Of a stretch of 44,351 bases of DNA, positions 21,090 through 32,340 are shown piece by piece. The position numbers were made by a program, and so were the translations under genes. Source of the stretch: Octopus bimaculoides (taxonomy: Eukaryota); assembly GCF_001194135.2 (NCBI RefSeq), contig NC_068983.1, positions 166,941,531 to 166,985,881 of the forward strand, in the 5' to 3' direction. Position 1 is the first letter of the stretch. Each line of letters starts with the position of its first letter. The notes under the pieces are model-generated. The model was not told where the DNA came from, did not search any database, and saw only the letters and a program-made list of their open reading frames with translations.

Positions 21090-22860
21090 GAATTATTAGC
21101 TAAATGGTTAGAAGTTCATTTAGGACTGAAGTACCTCCTGAGCCTGTCAAGGAGAGCCAGTCTTTGCTCAATCAAAGTGTATTCTTCAGAGATGGTGACT
21201 TCCGATATTTGTTATGACCTTGAAGACCTTAGTCGTGTGTTGTTCATATTTAATGGAAATAGGAAGGATATTATTTTGTGGATGTTGAGTGATGTCTTTT
21301 GTAGTATAGAAGGNNNNNNNNNNNNNNNNNNNNNNNNNNNNNNNNNNNNNNNNNNNNNNNNNNNNNNNNNNNNNNNNNNNNNNNGAGAGTGTTTTTGAGA
21401 TTATCACTCACAGGGTCAGTGCAGATTTGGTGGAAGGTAATTTGTTGATGACATAACCCGCCCCCCACCCTCCCACTCCCCCAAAAAACCCTTTTGGGGA
21501 ACCACCACAGGGTTCTCTATGCAAAGTTGAGCCATCCATAAACTAATTGGCTTTAATGCCAAAAACTTTTTCCTGAAATGGGGACGCGTCTTTTATGCCA
21601 TCAAATACAGCAGGTTGTTGTCGTGTAGTTGGCAGGATGTAGGGGACGAAACCAAACCTTATTAGAACACACCAAAGTTGATAGAATGTAAGAGAGAGAG
21701 AGAAAGAGAGAGATAGAAGGGAGAAGAGAGAGAGAGAAAGAAGGGAGAAGAGAGAGAGAGAGATTCATCAAGACAGAAGATGGAGTTGGAGCCAACAAGT
21801 GGATAACCTTTACTTGGAGGTTCACTTCCTATCACTCACAGTTGAATGAGATGCAGGAAGGCAGATGTTAAATGGCAATGACGATGGTGTATCAAGTGCA
21901 CCTCCACCACCAAATATCTTGATGGCAAAGGCCTGACCACTAATGACATGAGAAAGCAGGTTTCCAGTAAATAAAGCTCTATGAAAGCAAGAGAGAGAGA
22001 GAGAGAGAGAGAGAGACGGGTGTCAAGATGTTCGAGAATGTTGATGGCTGTCCCATCACTTTTGAAATGCTGGATAAACAAACAATGAGATGAAAGTTGG
22101 AGGGTTCAGAAGACATGCCCTTCTTGGAATTGGGTCATGCTGGTTTCCAAATCTGGGGATAAATCTATGCTGTAGATAACTGAAAAATTTGATGAGGGTA
22201 AGCAATTTATGATGAATTGGGAGCAGCCTTGTTGGCTTGAAGCAACTGAGAAGGCTTTCACAATAAGCGTTTTGGTTCATTGAGTGTGAAGGTATGGAGA
22301 GATGGTGAGCGGTGGGGGGAGAGAGGCAACTAGTGTGAAGTTGGATGCTAAGAGGACAGAAAATGAGGGGGCTTTCTCTGCAGAGGAGTTGAGAAGGGGA
22401 AAGAGTAAGGTTGGCTGAAATACCTTTGATTAGCTGCAGTTTTTGAAAGAGCAGACAGCTTGCAGGATGTACACAGCAGAGAGGCATCTTTCATGTTTCG
22501 GATGAGGATCTTGCAGAAGTTTTAGGAAATGGAGGATAAAAGCCGTCCAGTTTTCCCAAGGGTTGCAAACAGACCATGCTGTTTACTTAAGCGGTTATGA
22601 GTGAATTCCTATTTGTGTTGGTTCTGGGATGTGAAGGGACATGACGTAGTTGAGGCAGTGATTGGATGACGGATACATGTGAAGATGGTTGAAAGAGGCT
22701 GAGTTTGAACTGTGTGTGTGTCAAGGATGGAAGCACTTGTAAAGAGTTGAGGATTGCAAAAGATTTGGCAAGAGTACGGGATAAGTACGAGAAGCAAGAA
22801 GAGTTGCTAGCCTTCAAGATGATGACTTTTGATGGGAGTGAAGTATCCTTGATGTAAAGA
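21090..22860 (-). mobile_element. Decayed CR1/L2-type LINE endonuclease and linker region, interrupted by (GA)n tracts and an N gap
   Basis: Long purine-rich + strand. Minus fragments include LYIKDTSLP (GG..YI.D-like), FSYLQHRFIPRF and a PPL...VL.SP..K.ELL..F..NS-like linker near 21100-21170. There are many stops. Confidence 0.55.
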
Positions 22861-22915
22861 AAAATATGAAGAGTTTTTGGTGGTTAAAGGAGTTGGGAAA
22901 AGAGGAAGTAGATCT

Positions 22916-23103
22916 CTAACCCTTTAGCATTCAGATTACTTCTCTGTCAAATGAAATACTTCTTTATTCACATCATTTTGAATTAATCATGCATTATCTT
23001 GTAGCTTCAAGATTTTCATGATGTGACTGTCTATTTTTAGAATGACATTGTAGGGTAAGTGTGAGAGGCCAGATTTGGCCTGTTTAAAAACTAAAGGGTT
23101 GAA
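22916..23103. mobile_element. piggyBac-like MITE, second copy
   Basis: CTAACCCTTTAGCATT...AGAATGACATTGTAGGGTAAGTGTGA...CTAAAGGGTTGA. Confidence 0.7.
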
Positions 23104-24029
23104 GGAATGTTGTAATGAGTCTCCAACATCTGGGGCAAGTGTTGCAGAACTTCTTTTTCAATTATTACTACTTTATTGTATTTTTCTTTTTAAATTTTAC
23201 ACCCAAAACAAATGCCCCCGAATCCTGGCAGGACTTTGCCCTTGGAGGAAAACTTTGAGTTAGAATAAATCGGTGACATGTAGGCGAGGGTCTTAGAATC
23301 TACATATGTGCATGCAAACATAACCTCTCGAGATATATGTAGTATGTTAGGTTAGAACAGGGGTTGGCAAGGTGGTCAATACTAACCACAGGGAGTCTAT
23401 ATGGCTACCTTAAGGGGTTGATAAACACCTGAAACAATTTGGAGCATTAAGGGTGTTGAATTATTAGCAAACCAAATCTAGACGAGCATGGGTAATTTAA
23501 GGCTAGAACTCACAACCAAATATTTGATGCAAAGACTAGTATTCACCAAACATATATTTCAATTGAAATATTCCAACTAAATCAATATGACTGAATTTTT
23601 ATTGTTTTTTATCAATTTTATTAAGTATTTTCATTAAATTTTTAAAAATATTTTTTACTAAAAAGTGGTAAAGACACAAAAAAATGGAATTATTGTTTTA
23701 AATGAAGAAATGTTTTTATCAAATTATCGATTTTAATCTCGTTTAAGAAATTTACATGATGGGGATTGATGAGTTCGCAATGATTCCATAAAGGAAAGTT
23801 TGGTGACCCCCTGGGATGGATTTTAGGTGCGGGGTGAGAGAGTGAAAACCAAAGAGGAGGTGTCATTCACATGTTTAACTCTGAACACCAAATAAATTAA
23901 TTTTTAGAAATAAATAAAATTCAAGATTCAATGTTCTTCTCAGCATAGTTTTGAACCTGCAAGTCCTTATACACTTGTCATTCAACAAGCTAGAGTTAGC
24001 AACCAAATCTCCCTCAAATGACAACCACA

Positions 24030-24170
24030 TCAATTCCAGTACTTGGCTGACCCTGGAAAGATGAAAGCAAACTTTACCTTGGCAGGATTTGAACTCAGAA
24101 CATAGAGAATGACTGTAAGTACCACAAAGACATTTTCCCAACACCCAATCATTCAGCCAAATAACTCATA
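24030..24170 (-). mobile_element. SINE family A, decayed
   Basis: CCCTGGAAAGATGAAAGCAAACTTTACCTTGGCAGGATTTGAACTCAGAACATAG. A further decayed copy lies at about 24350-24490. Confidence 0.72.
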
Positions 24171-24869
24171 AATCACACTCTTTCATAGAGCCTCCAAGTC
24201 ATTTTTTTAAAAATCTGTGTCTGACAGGATATACCACCACCACCACCATCAACACCATTTTAACTTCCACTTTTCCATGCCTGCATGGATCAGATTGAAT
24301 TCTTCATGGCAGCAATATTGAGGAGAGGGATTCGGTTGGTTCCGCTGACCCCCAGCACATAACAGGTACTTTATTTTATCAACTCCAAAAGGCAAAGTTG
24401 ACCTCAGAAGGATTCAAATTCAAAATGTCAGAGTTGGAATAAATAGTACGAAATATTTTGTTTAATGTTTTAATAATTCTGCCAATCATCAATTTTACAA
24501 GAGAAGAAATATTAAAGAAAAAAAAAACATGGAGTGTTATTCAGGCATTTCTTGGTATAATATGATTATTGACAAAACAAAATTGAAATGATGGAATTCA
24601 TTTTAAGTTCTAAACCGATATTTGCCATCAACCACACCATCTCCCTTCTTCATCACTCACCACATTTTCCTCTACCCATCCCCATCTCTAACAATGTTAC
24701 TTTCCTCTCCCACATTTCATATTTTGTAGGGTGGCCATGTATCTCCCCTACAGCAAAATCCATGAGCTTGTCCCCCTGTCATATTTCGGTCTCTCAATAA
24801 AAGGCATAAAACCACCCCACTACATACTCTTCACTCAAGGAGTCATGTTCTACAAGGTACTTGGTGATC

Positions 24870-25260
24870 TCACTGATGCTGGTGCCATAAGAAAATGACC
24901 CACTCTGTAAAATGGTTAGTGTTAGGAAGGGCATCCAGCCATAAAGCTGATATTTGAAGCTTGACAGTCATGCAGCCTGTGAGATCCTGTCAAACCAATC
25001 AACCCATGCCAGCATGGAAAACGGACATATGATGATGAAATATTTAAATATTATCATGATCAGCATCATTTACCATCCGTTTTCCATGTTTGCATGAGTT
25101 GGATGGTTCGACAGGAGCTGGCAAGTTGGAGGCCCTCACTAAGCTCCAGTCATCTGTTTTGGCAGGGTTTCTATCACTGGATGCCCTTCCTAACACCAAC
25201 CACTTTACAGAGTGCTCCACTGGGTGCATTTTTACATAGCACTGGCCCACGGGCTTTTTA
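24870..25260. mobile_element. Tail-to-tail inverted pair of family B SINEs
   Basis: A + copy at about 24870-25035 and a - copy at about 25060-25260. CTCTGTAAAATGGTTAGTGTTAGGAAGGGCATCCAG pairs with CTGGATGCCCTTCCTAACACCAACCACTTTACAGAG. Confidence 0.85.
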
Positions 25261-27589
25261 CACAAAACAAAAAATACAGACGCTATTAGCATTAGTTCTT
25301 TTCAACATTACAAAGCTAAGATGGAGAGAAAAATAGAAAGACACAGACTTCAAGAAACATTTTCTCTAATTGTATTTGGATAAACTGTAGCAGCTGAAAG
25401 GAAATCTGCAAGGTGGGTGTTTTAAATATTCAATATAAATATGGTTGGCTCTCATATATTTTAGGGAATTGAAAAACTTTCAGTAGCTAAGAATATCCAT
25501 GCAATTAGTAGGAAAAAAACCTTCCTCCAGGAGTGTCTAAACTCTGAAAGCAACAATCAAGTGAGATAACTCCACTGATAAGATCAGTTGATTGAATTTT
25601 TTTTGGTCAATAGAGACAATGGAGATTGATTTAATGAGTTTGGTCTTTGAAACCAAATTGTAAAAGCAAGGCATGTTTCAGTATTACAGGACCTCTTCAG
25701 CTGAGCATCTACTCCATCACAAGTCTATATATGTAGAAATAAATGGAATGTAGTGACACTAATTATGAAGATCTATTATGTGAGTGATTGAAAATACTTC
25801 AAGAGAATGTTTTATGATATTGATGAAAAAAATATTCGGAATGCATCAGTAATTTTAACTACCATATTTGCTGGGATATTAGACTTTTTTTTTTATATCT
25901 TTAAATGTATCAAATAATTGCCCAGCATCTAATGTAGCTGTATTAAGGATGGAAGGCTGAGTACCATAGACTAGGGAGCCAAAATGAGCCGAAGCCTGCT
26001 AGGTCCATTAATTGATTGCTTTTAATAAAGTAGTGGAAATAAGCCAAAACATGAGTCTGTTAGCATAAACTTAGGAAAAAGTGGCTTTTGGTACTTTGGC
26101 AGTTAAGTGGGGAAATCCCATTATGTCATTGCATCTCCTTTCCCAGCATACATAACCCACACCTAATATTGGTCTTTCATTATTTAATAATTTTGTTACC
26201 TATAAGAAACATTTAAAAAAAAAATTATCTAAATGAAAATTCTTGTAGAAAGATGACAGGAATGTTAAATTTCCATCAGCCTGTCAACTCCCTTGCAATG
26301 AATGGATGACAAGAAAAACATAGCAGTGGTGTGTGCCACCCTGATGACTCGTTACAGTTATACAAAACATAGACAGACAGAAGTACAAGTTTTACCTCTC
26401 GTATGGCGGTTGTCTTGGCCAAAATATAAACAACTGTACAATGGATCAGAAGGGAAATAAAGTAGAAATATGGTTCTCTCAGAGCATAGTTTATATTTAG
26501 GATAACTTTGTGGCTTTCATATCTTAATCCAGGATATTNNNNNNNNNNNNNNNNNNNNNNNNNNNNNNNNNNNNNNNNNNNNNNNNNNNNNNNNNNNNNN
26601 NNNNNNNNNNNNNNNNNNNNNNNNNNNNNNNNNNNNNNNNNNNNNNNNNNNNNNNNNNNNNNNNNNNNNNNNNNNNNNNNNNNNNNNNNNNNNNNNNNNN
26701 NNNNNNNNNNNNNNNNNNNNNNNNNNNNNNNNNNNNNNNNNNNNNNNNNNNNNNNNNNNNNNNNNNNNNNNNNNNNNNNNNNNNNNNNNNNNNNNNNNNN
26801 NNNNNNNNNNNNNNNNNNNNNNNNNNNNNNNNNNNNNNNNNNNNNNNNNNNNNNNNNNNNNNNNNNNNNNNNNNNNNNNNNNNNNNNNNNNNNNNNNNNN
26901 NNNNNNNNNNNNNNNNNNNNNNNNNNNNNNNNNNNNNNNNNNNNNNNNNNNNNNNNNNNNNNNNNNNNNNNNNNNNNNNNNNNNNNNNNNNNNNNNNNNN
27001 NNNNNNNNNNNNNNNNNNNNNNNNNNNNNNNNNNNNNNNNNNNNNNNNNNNNNNNNNNNNNNNNNNNNNNNNNNNNNNNNNNNNNNNNNNNNNNNNNNNN
27101 NNNNNNNNNNNNNNNNNNNNNNATATATATCAAGTGGAACTAGAAAGACATGTAAAGAGAAGCAAAACAGTGGAGCTTTTAGAAACCTCTATTTATCTTA
27201 CTACTTTATTCAACAACAGTTGACCTTTACGATATCACACAACATTATTAGAAACCCGAGGAAAAATTCACAACAACCAACAAACAAGATCACTAACACA
27301 AATCTGTTGGTTCTTACACAGACAATGGTACTAATTTCTCAACACGGTTTATCCTTCACCATATATAGACTAAAATAACCACAAACTTCGATTCACAACC
27401 ATATTTTTGTAAGAATAATACTGAATTGCTGTCTGTGAATGTATCTTTCAATTCATTTTGATAAAACCAGCTTTTTAGTGTTAATGCACTTCTACAGAAT
27501 TCATGTTTCTTCAAAACAAAGTCCAAGAAATTCTCCTTGAAACAAATCGGTAGTCCAATAGCTGCCTAAACTTGTACCCATCAATGTGT

Positions 27590-27760
27590 ATGGTGTTGAT
27601 GCCATGTAATAAGCACCCAGTCCACTCTGTAAAATGGTTGGTGTGAGAAGGGTATCCATCTGTAAAAAACATGTCAGCCAAAGTAGACAGGGGAGCTTGG
27701 CACCAGCTCCTGTCAAACCACCGAACCCATGCTAGCATGGAAAGTGGACATTAGATGAGG
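27590..27760 (+). mobile_element. SINE family B
   Basis: AAGCACCCAGTCCACTCTGTAAAATGGTTGGTGTGAGAAGGGTATCC...CCCATGCTAGCATGGAAAGTGGAC. An antisense B fragment follows at about 27845-27990. Confidence 0.8.
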
Positions 27761-28039
27761 ATGTATATAAATAAATGTATACACATGGGAAATGAATAGT
27801 GCTAGAAGAGCTATATATCACCTTCACTCTCACTGTAACACCTTTCCAGGGATCAGATGGAATTTGTTGAGGCAGATGCCCCCTTCCTGTTGCCAGCCGT
27901 CACCGATTTCCAAATAAGTTTCCATGGGTAAACATGTTTTTTCCCAGAATGCTGGAAATGAATGACACCTCTTGTATGACAGTGATCATGTCAAGACAAG
28001 CATACACATGCTCACACAAATATACATGTATATATATAT

Positions 28040-28200
28040 GATGGGCTTCTTTTAGTTTCCCTCAACCACATCCAATCATAATGGTTTGGTTGAACAATCA
28101 GCCAAAGCAAGCAGAAGACATTTGTCCAAGGTTCCACAGGGTGAAACTGAACCTGAAACCATGTGGTTGGCAAACAAATTTCTTACCCACCTGGCCACAT
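28040..28200 (-). mobile_element. SINE family C, 5' part
   Basis: GACATTTGTCCAAGGTTCCACAGGGTGAAACTGAACCTGAAACCATGTGGTTGGCAAACAAATTTCTTACC. Confidence 0.75.
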
Positions 28201-28224
28201 TGGTCACCCTGATACAGAAGCACC

Positions 28225-28490
28225 AAAGACATCTAAGGACTCCTTCCAGAAACGCCTCAGTACCTGCCATGTTGATCATCAGTGATCTGTTCTTGTCACT
28301 AAGTGTGAGCATCTCAATATCCTCAGGGCAACAGCCTCTGGGGTGGGGNNNNNNNNNNNNNNNNNNNNNNNNNNNNNNGGAAAACAAGGACACTACAACC
28401 GTCCCTGGTCAGCCTCTGCAGTTGTGCCTGTTTGTCCTGAATCAGACTGGTTGAACATCAGCAAGTCTGCAACAGACATTCACCTCAGTA
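28225..28490 (-). mobile_element. Probable RTE LINE 3' remnant spanning a small gap
   Basis: The minus strand shows degenerate RG.P.. and D+..RSL.IN...GT end-of-ORF patterns. Confidence 0.35.
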
Positions 28491-28514
28491 AATCTTCACT
28501 CACTAAGCCAAGAT

Positions 28515-28572
<58 letters not shown>

Positions 28573-28799
28573 ATATGCATGCAAGTGTATGTGTGTGTAG
28601 GTATATGTACACATGTGCATGCGTTTGTTTACAACAAACAAGTCATGATGGCCAATATAAAAAGTTCATTATGTTAATTATCAATGGCACACCATGCCAG
28701 TTACAAGTGCATTCAACAGACTAAGTGGTGGTGGGGGGGAGAAGGTAAACTCTGCACTTATTAAGTTGTTAATTATGTATCTTTCTTAAATAAGTGGAA

Positions 28800-28946
28800 A
28801 AGTTTCAAGATTTCTATGAGGTGATTGTTTTATTCTTAGAATGACATTGTAGGGTAAGTGTGATAGGCTGGATCTGGTCAGTTTGAACATAAAACAGGAA
28901 GAAAATTTTGGCCGGATATGGCTGGTTTAAATGCTTAAAGGGTTAA
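28800..28946. mobile_element. piggyBac-like MITE, right half (third copy)
   Basis: AGAATGACATTGTAGGGTAAGTGTGA...TTTGAACATAAAACAG...AATGCTTAAAGGGTTAA. Confidence 0.7.
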
Positions 28947-29129
28947 AAGTGACCAAAAAATTTTAGACTAACCCCCACACAATTCAGTTTGGAGAGACCA
29001 AACTGTTTGTGTCATCAGCCCTACTTCCACTACAACTGCAGACTGTTGGAGCAGTTGAGCTTTGTAGGACATTCATTCAACATATACACACACATATATA
29101 CAATAACGCTCGTGTGTGTGTGTGTATAG

Positions 29130-29510
29130 GTGCAGCCATGGTTGTGTGGTAAGAAGTTTGCTTTCTAACCACATAGTTTCAGGTTCAGTCCCACTGCATG
29201 ATACCTTGAGCAATAGCCTGAAGTCTACCAAAGCCTAGTGAATAGATTTGGTAGATGGAAACTGAAAGAAGCCAGTCATATGTGTGTGTGTCCGTGTGTC
29301 CCTGTCCTTCTTTGTGATTGTCCCCTACCAGTTTGTCTACATCCCCATAACTTAGTGGTTCTGCAAAATAGACCAATAGAATTAGTATCAGACCTGAAGA
29401 AGAATAAAAATAGGTACTGTGGTCAATTCATTCTATGAACAATCCTACAAGACAGTGCTCCAGCATGACCACAGTCAAATGACTGAAACAAGTAAAAGGA
29501 TAAGAGATAA
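29130..29510 (+). mobile_element. SINE family C, full length, CpG-decayed
   Basis: GTGTGGTAAGAAGTTTGCTTTCTAACCACATAGTTTCAGGTTCAGTCCCACTGCATG...GACAGTGCTCCAGCATGACCACAGTCAAATGACTGAAACAAGTAAAAG. Confidence 0.88.
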
Positions 29511-29666
29511 CATATATATACACACACACCTACATACATACAAGAAGGGCATCCAGGCATAGAAAATCTGTCTCAACGAATTCTGTTTCACCCATGCATG
29601 GAAAAGCGGATGTTAAAATGATGATGATGATCATCATCATCATATACAATGTGTGTATGTGACTAC

Positions 29667-29746
<80 letters not shown>

Positions 29747-30049
29747 TCGAAATACGAGACTAGAAAAACAGTCAACAACTGATGAAGGGTCGTTCTTTAT
29801 GTTTGTTTTGTTTTCCATTTGTGTCTTTTGTTGTTCAAAAGAATAGTTCATGTTCCATGTACTCATGCTTCGTATTTTTTTGTTGTACACATTTCGTGGC
29901 ATCCTGTGCACACATGCATATATATATATATATATACACATATACATTATTTATATTATTATATGATTGAACGCCATGCATCCTCTTCCAAGTAAGTTTT
30001 ATCTATCTATCTATCTATATAAATATATATACACACACATATAAATACA

Positions 30050-30470
30050 CGTGTCATGTAACTGGCACCCATAGAAGTGGCACGTAAAAAGCACCTTTTG
30101 AGCGTTGGATCTCACAGAGGCCAATGCCAGTGGCACATGAAAAGCTCCTTTCGAGTGTTGGGCCTCACAGAGGCAATGATGAATAACCACGACCTTTGGC
30201 ATTATGCCGTGCTTGAGAAGACCCATCAAGCCAAGTAAAATTGCAGTCATGGCAGATACTGGTGTCATGCAAATGGCACCTGTGCCAGTGACACGTAAAA
30301 GCACCCATTACACTCTCCGAGTGGTTGGTGTTAGGAAGGGCAGCCAGCTGTAGAAACCATGCCAAATCAGACTGGAATCTGGTGCAGCTTACCAGCCCTA
30401 GTCAAACTGTCCAACCCATGCCAGCATGGACAATGGATGTTAAATGATAATAATGATGATGATGATGATA
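30050..30470 (+). mobile_element. Long SINE family B with an internal ~52-bp duplication
   Basis: GTGGCAC(G/A)T.AAAAGC.CC occurs at about 30078, 30130 and 30287. It is followed by GGTTGGTGTTAGGAAGGGCAGCCAGCTGTAGAAA...CAACCCATGCCAGCATGG and a (GAT)n tail. Confidence 0.88.
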
Positions 30471-30744
30471 CACATATACATGTATGTGTGTACACAAATT
30501 ATTCTTACAACACTAAAAAAAAATACAAAAGAAAGACAAAGGACACAGAGAAATTATTAACCATTTAACAGGAACCACTTGGAAGCCATTTGAAAAAGTA
30601 ATATTTTGAGGTCCCATTTAAATATATTTTAGAAAGAGGAAAAAAATAAGAGGCCACAGAGGCATAACTTTAAATAAAATTCAAATCATAAACAATGTTT
30701 TCTTTTAAAATTAATGTATTTAAAAAGATCGTTTGGGCTGAGTC

Positions 30745-31190
30745 CCATTGCAAGGCAAGTGTCTTCTACGATGGTTTGAGTGGATTTGGTAGACAGAACT
30801 TGTGGACTGGTAGACAGACATGTCGAGTCTATTTACATGCGTTAGGAAAGGCATCCAGCCGTAGAGATTATGTGTGACATGAAGCGCGATACAGACCTGC
30901 AGCTAAGTCAGATTGTGTCAAACCGTCCAACCCATGCCAGCACGGAAAACGGAAGTTAAATGATAATTATTATGATGTGAGTATGTGTGTGTGACCCCCA
31001 CCGCTTGACGACTGGTGTTGGTTTGTTTACCTCCCTGTAACAGTCCTTCGGAAATTTAAACCGATAGAATAAATACCAGATTTGAAAACAATAATACCGG
31101 GGGGAGGGGGAGAAAGTGTTCAACTAAGCCCTTCAAAAGGCGTTGCTCTAGCATGGCCACAGTGAAATGACTGAAACAAAAGATAAGAGA
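30745..31190 (+). mobile_element. Composite of SINE C head, SINE B core and SINE C tail
   Basis: GCAAGTGTCTTCTAC...TGGATTTGGTAGACAG; then GTTAGGAAAGGCATCCAGCCGTAG; then CCCCCACCGCTTGAC...GCTCTAGCATGGCCACAG. Confidence 0.75.
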
Positions 31191-32287
31191 GAAAGAATGA
31201 TAAGCTTAATGGAATGTAGACTGAACGAGAAACGAGAGAGATCGAGCAGGATCAATGAATGACGACTCGGAGTGACTTCATGGTTCAGTTAACAGCAGTT
31301 GCAGGAGGAGGTCAGAAGAACAGGTGAGGGGGGTGGAATCCCTGCTGATAAGCATTTTCAAACCAACCCCATACACACACACACACACACGCGTATGTAT
31401 GCCATTTACGTCCCCACACAGGCGTATTTAAGTCGTGTCCTTTCAGCAGTCATGCATATATATATATNNNNNNNNNNNNNNNNNNNNNNNNNNNNNNNNN
31501 NNNNNNNNNNNNNNNNNNNNNNNNNNNNNNNNNNNNNNNNNNNNNNNNNNNNNNNNNNNNNNNNNNNNNNNNNNNNNNNNNNNNNNNNNNNNNNNNNNNN
31601 NNNNNNNNNNNNNNNNNNNNNNNNNNNNNNNNNNNNNNNNNNNNNNNNNNNNNNNNNNNNNNNNNNNNNNNNNNNNNNNNNNNNNNNNNNNNNNNNNNNN
31701 NNNNNNNNNNNNNNNNNNNNNNNNNNNNNNNNNNNNNNNNNNNNNNNNNNNNNNNNNNNNNNNNNNNNNNNNNNNNNNNNNNNNNNNNNNNNNNNNNNNN
31801 NNNNNNNNNNNNNNNNNNNNNNNNNNNNNNNNNNNNNNNNNNNNNNNNNNNNNNNNNNNNNNNNNNNNNNNNNNNNNNNNNNNNNNNNNNNNNNNNNNNN
31901 NNNNNNNNNNNNNNNNNNNNNNNNNNNNNNNNNNNNNNNNNNNNNNNNNNNNNNNNNNNNNNNNNNNNNNNNNNNNNNNNNNNNNNNNNNNNNNNNNNNN
32001 NNNNNNNNNNNNNNNNNNNNNNNNNNNNNNNNNNNNNNNNNNNNNNNNNNNNNNNNNNNNNNNNNNNNNNNNNNNNNNNNNNNNNNNNNNNNNNNNNNNN
32101 NNNNNNNNNNNNNNNNNNNNNNNNNNNNNNNNNNNNNNNNNNNNNNNNNNNNNNNNNNNNNNNNNNNNNNNNNNNNNNNNNNNNNNNNNNNNNNNNNNNN
32201 NNNNNNNNNNNNNNNNNNNNNNNNNNNNNNNNNNNNNNNNNNNNNNNNNNNNNNNNNNNNNNNNNNNNNNNNNNNNNNNNNNNNNNN

Positions 32288-32340
<53 letters not shown>

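Noticed and set aside
26338-26380. CTGATGA as another hammerhead core (also 9810 and 29780)
   Set aside because: There is no downstream stem II-GAAA-stem III-NUH arrangement.
26396-26420. KTTAIREVK as a CDK/CDKL PSTAIRE-like helix
   Set aside because: No flanking kinase motifs (GxGxxG, VAIK, HRD, DFG) were found nearby or elsewhere in the window.
672-29200. tRNA-like A/B boxes as tRNA genes
   Set aside because: Each continues into a shared SINE body and lacks a complete cloverleaf and a poly-T terminator.
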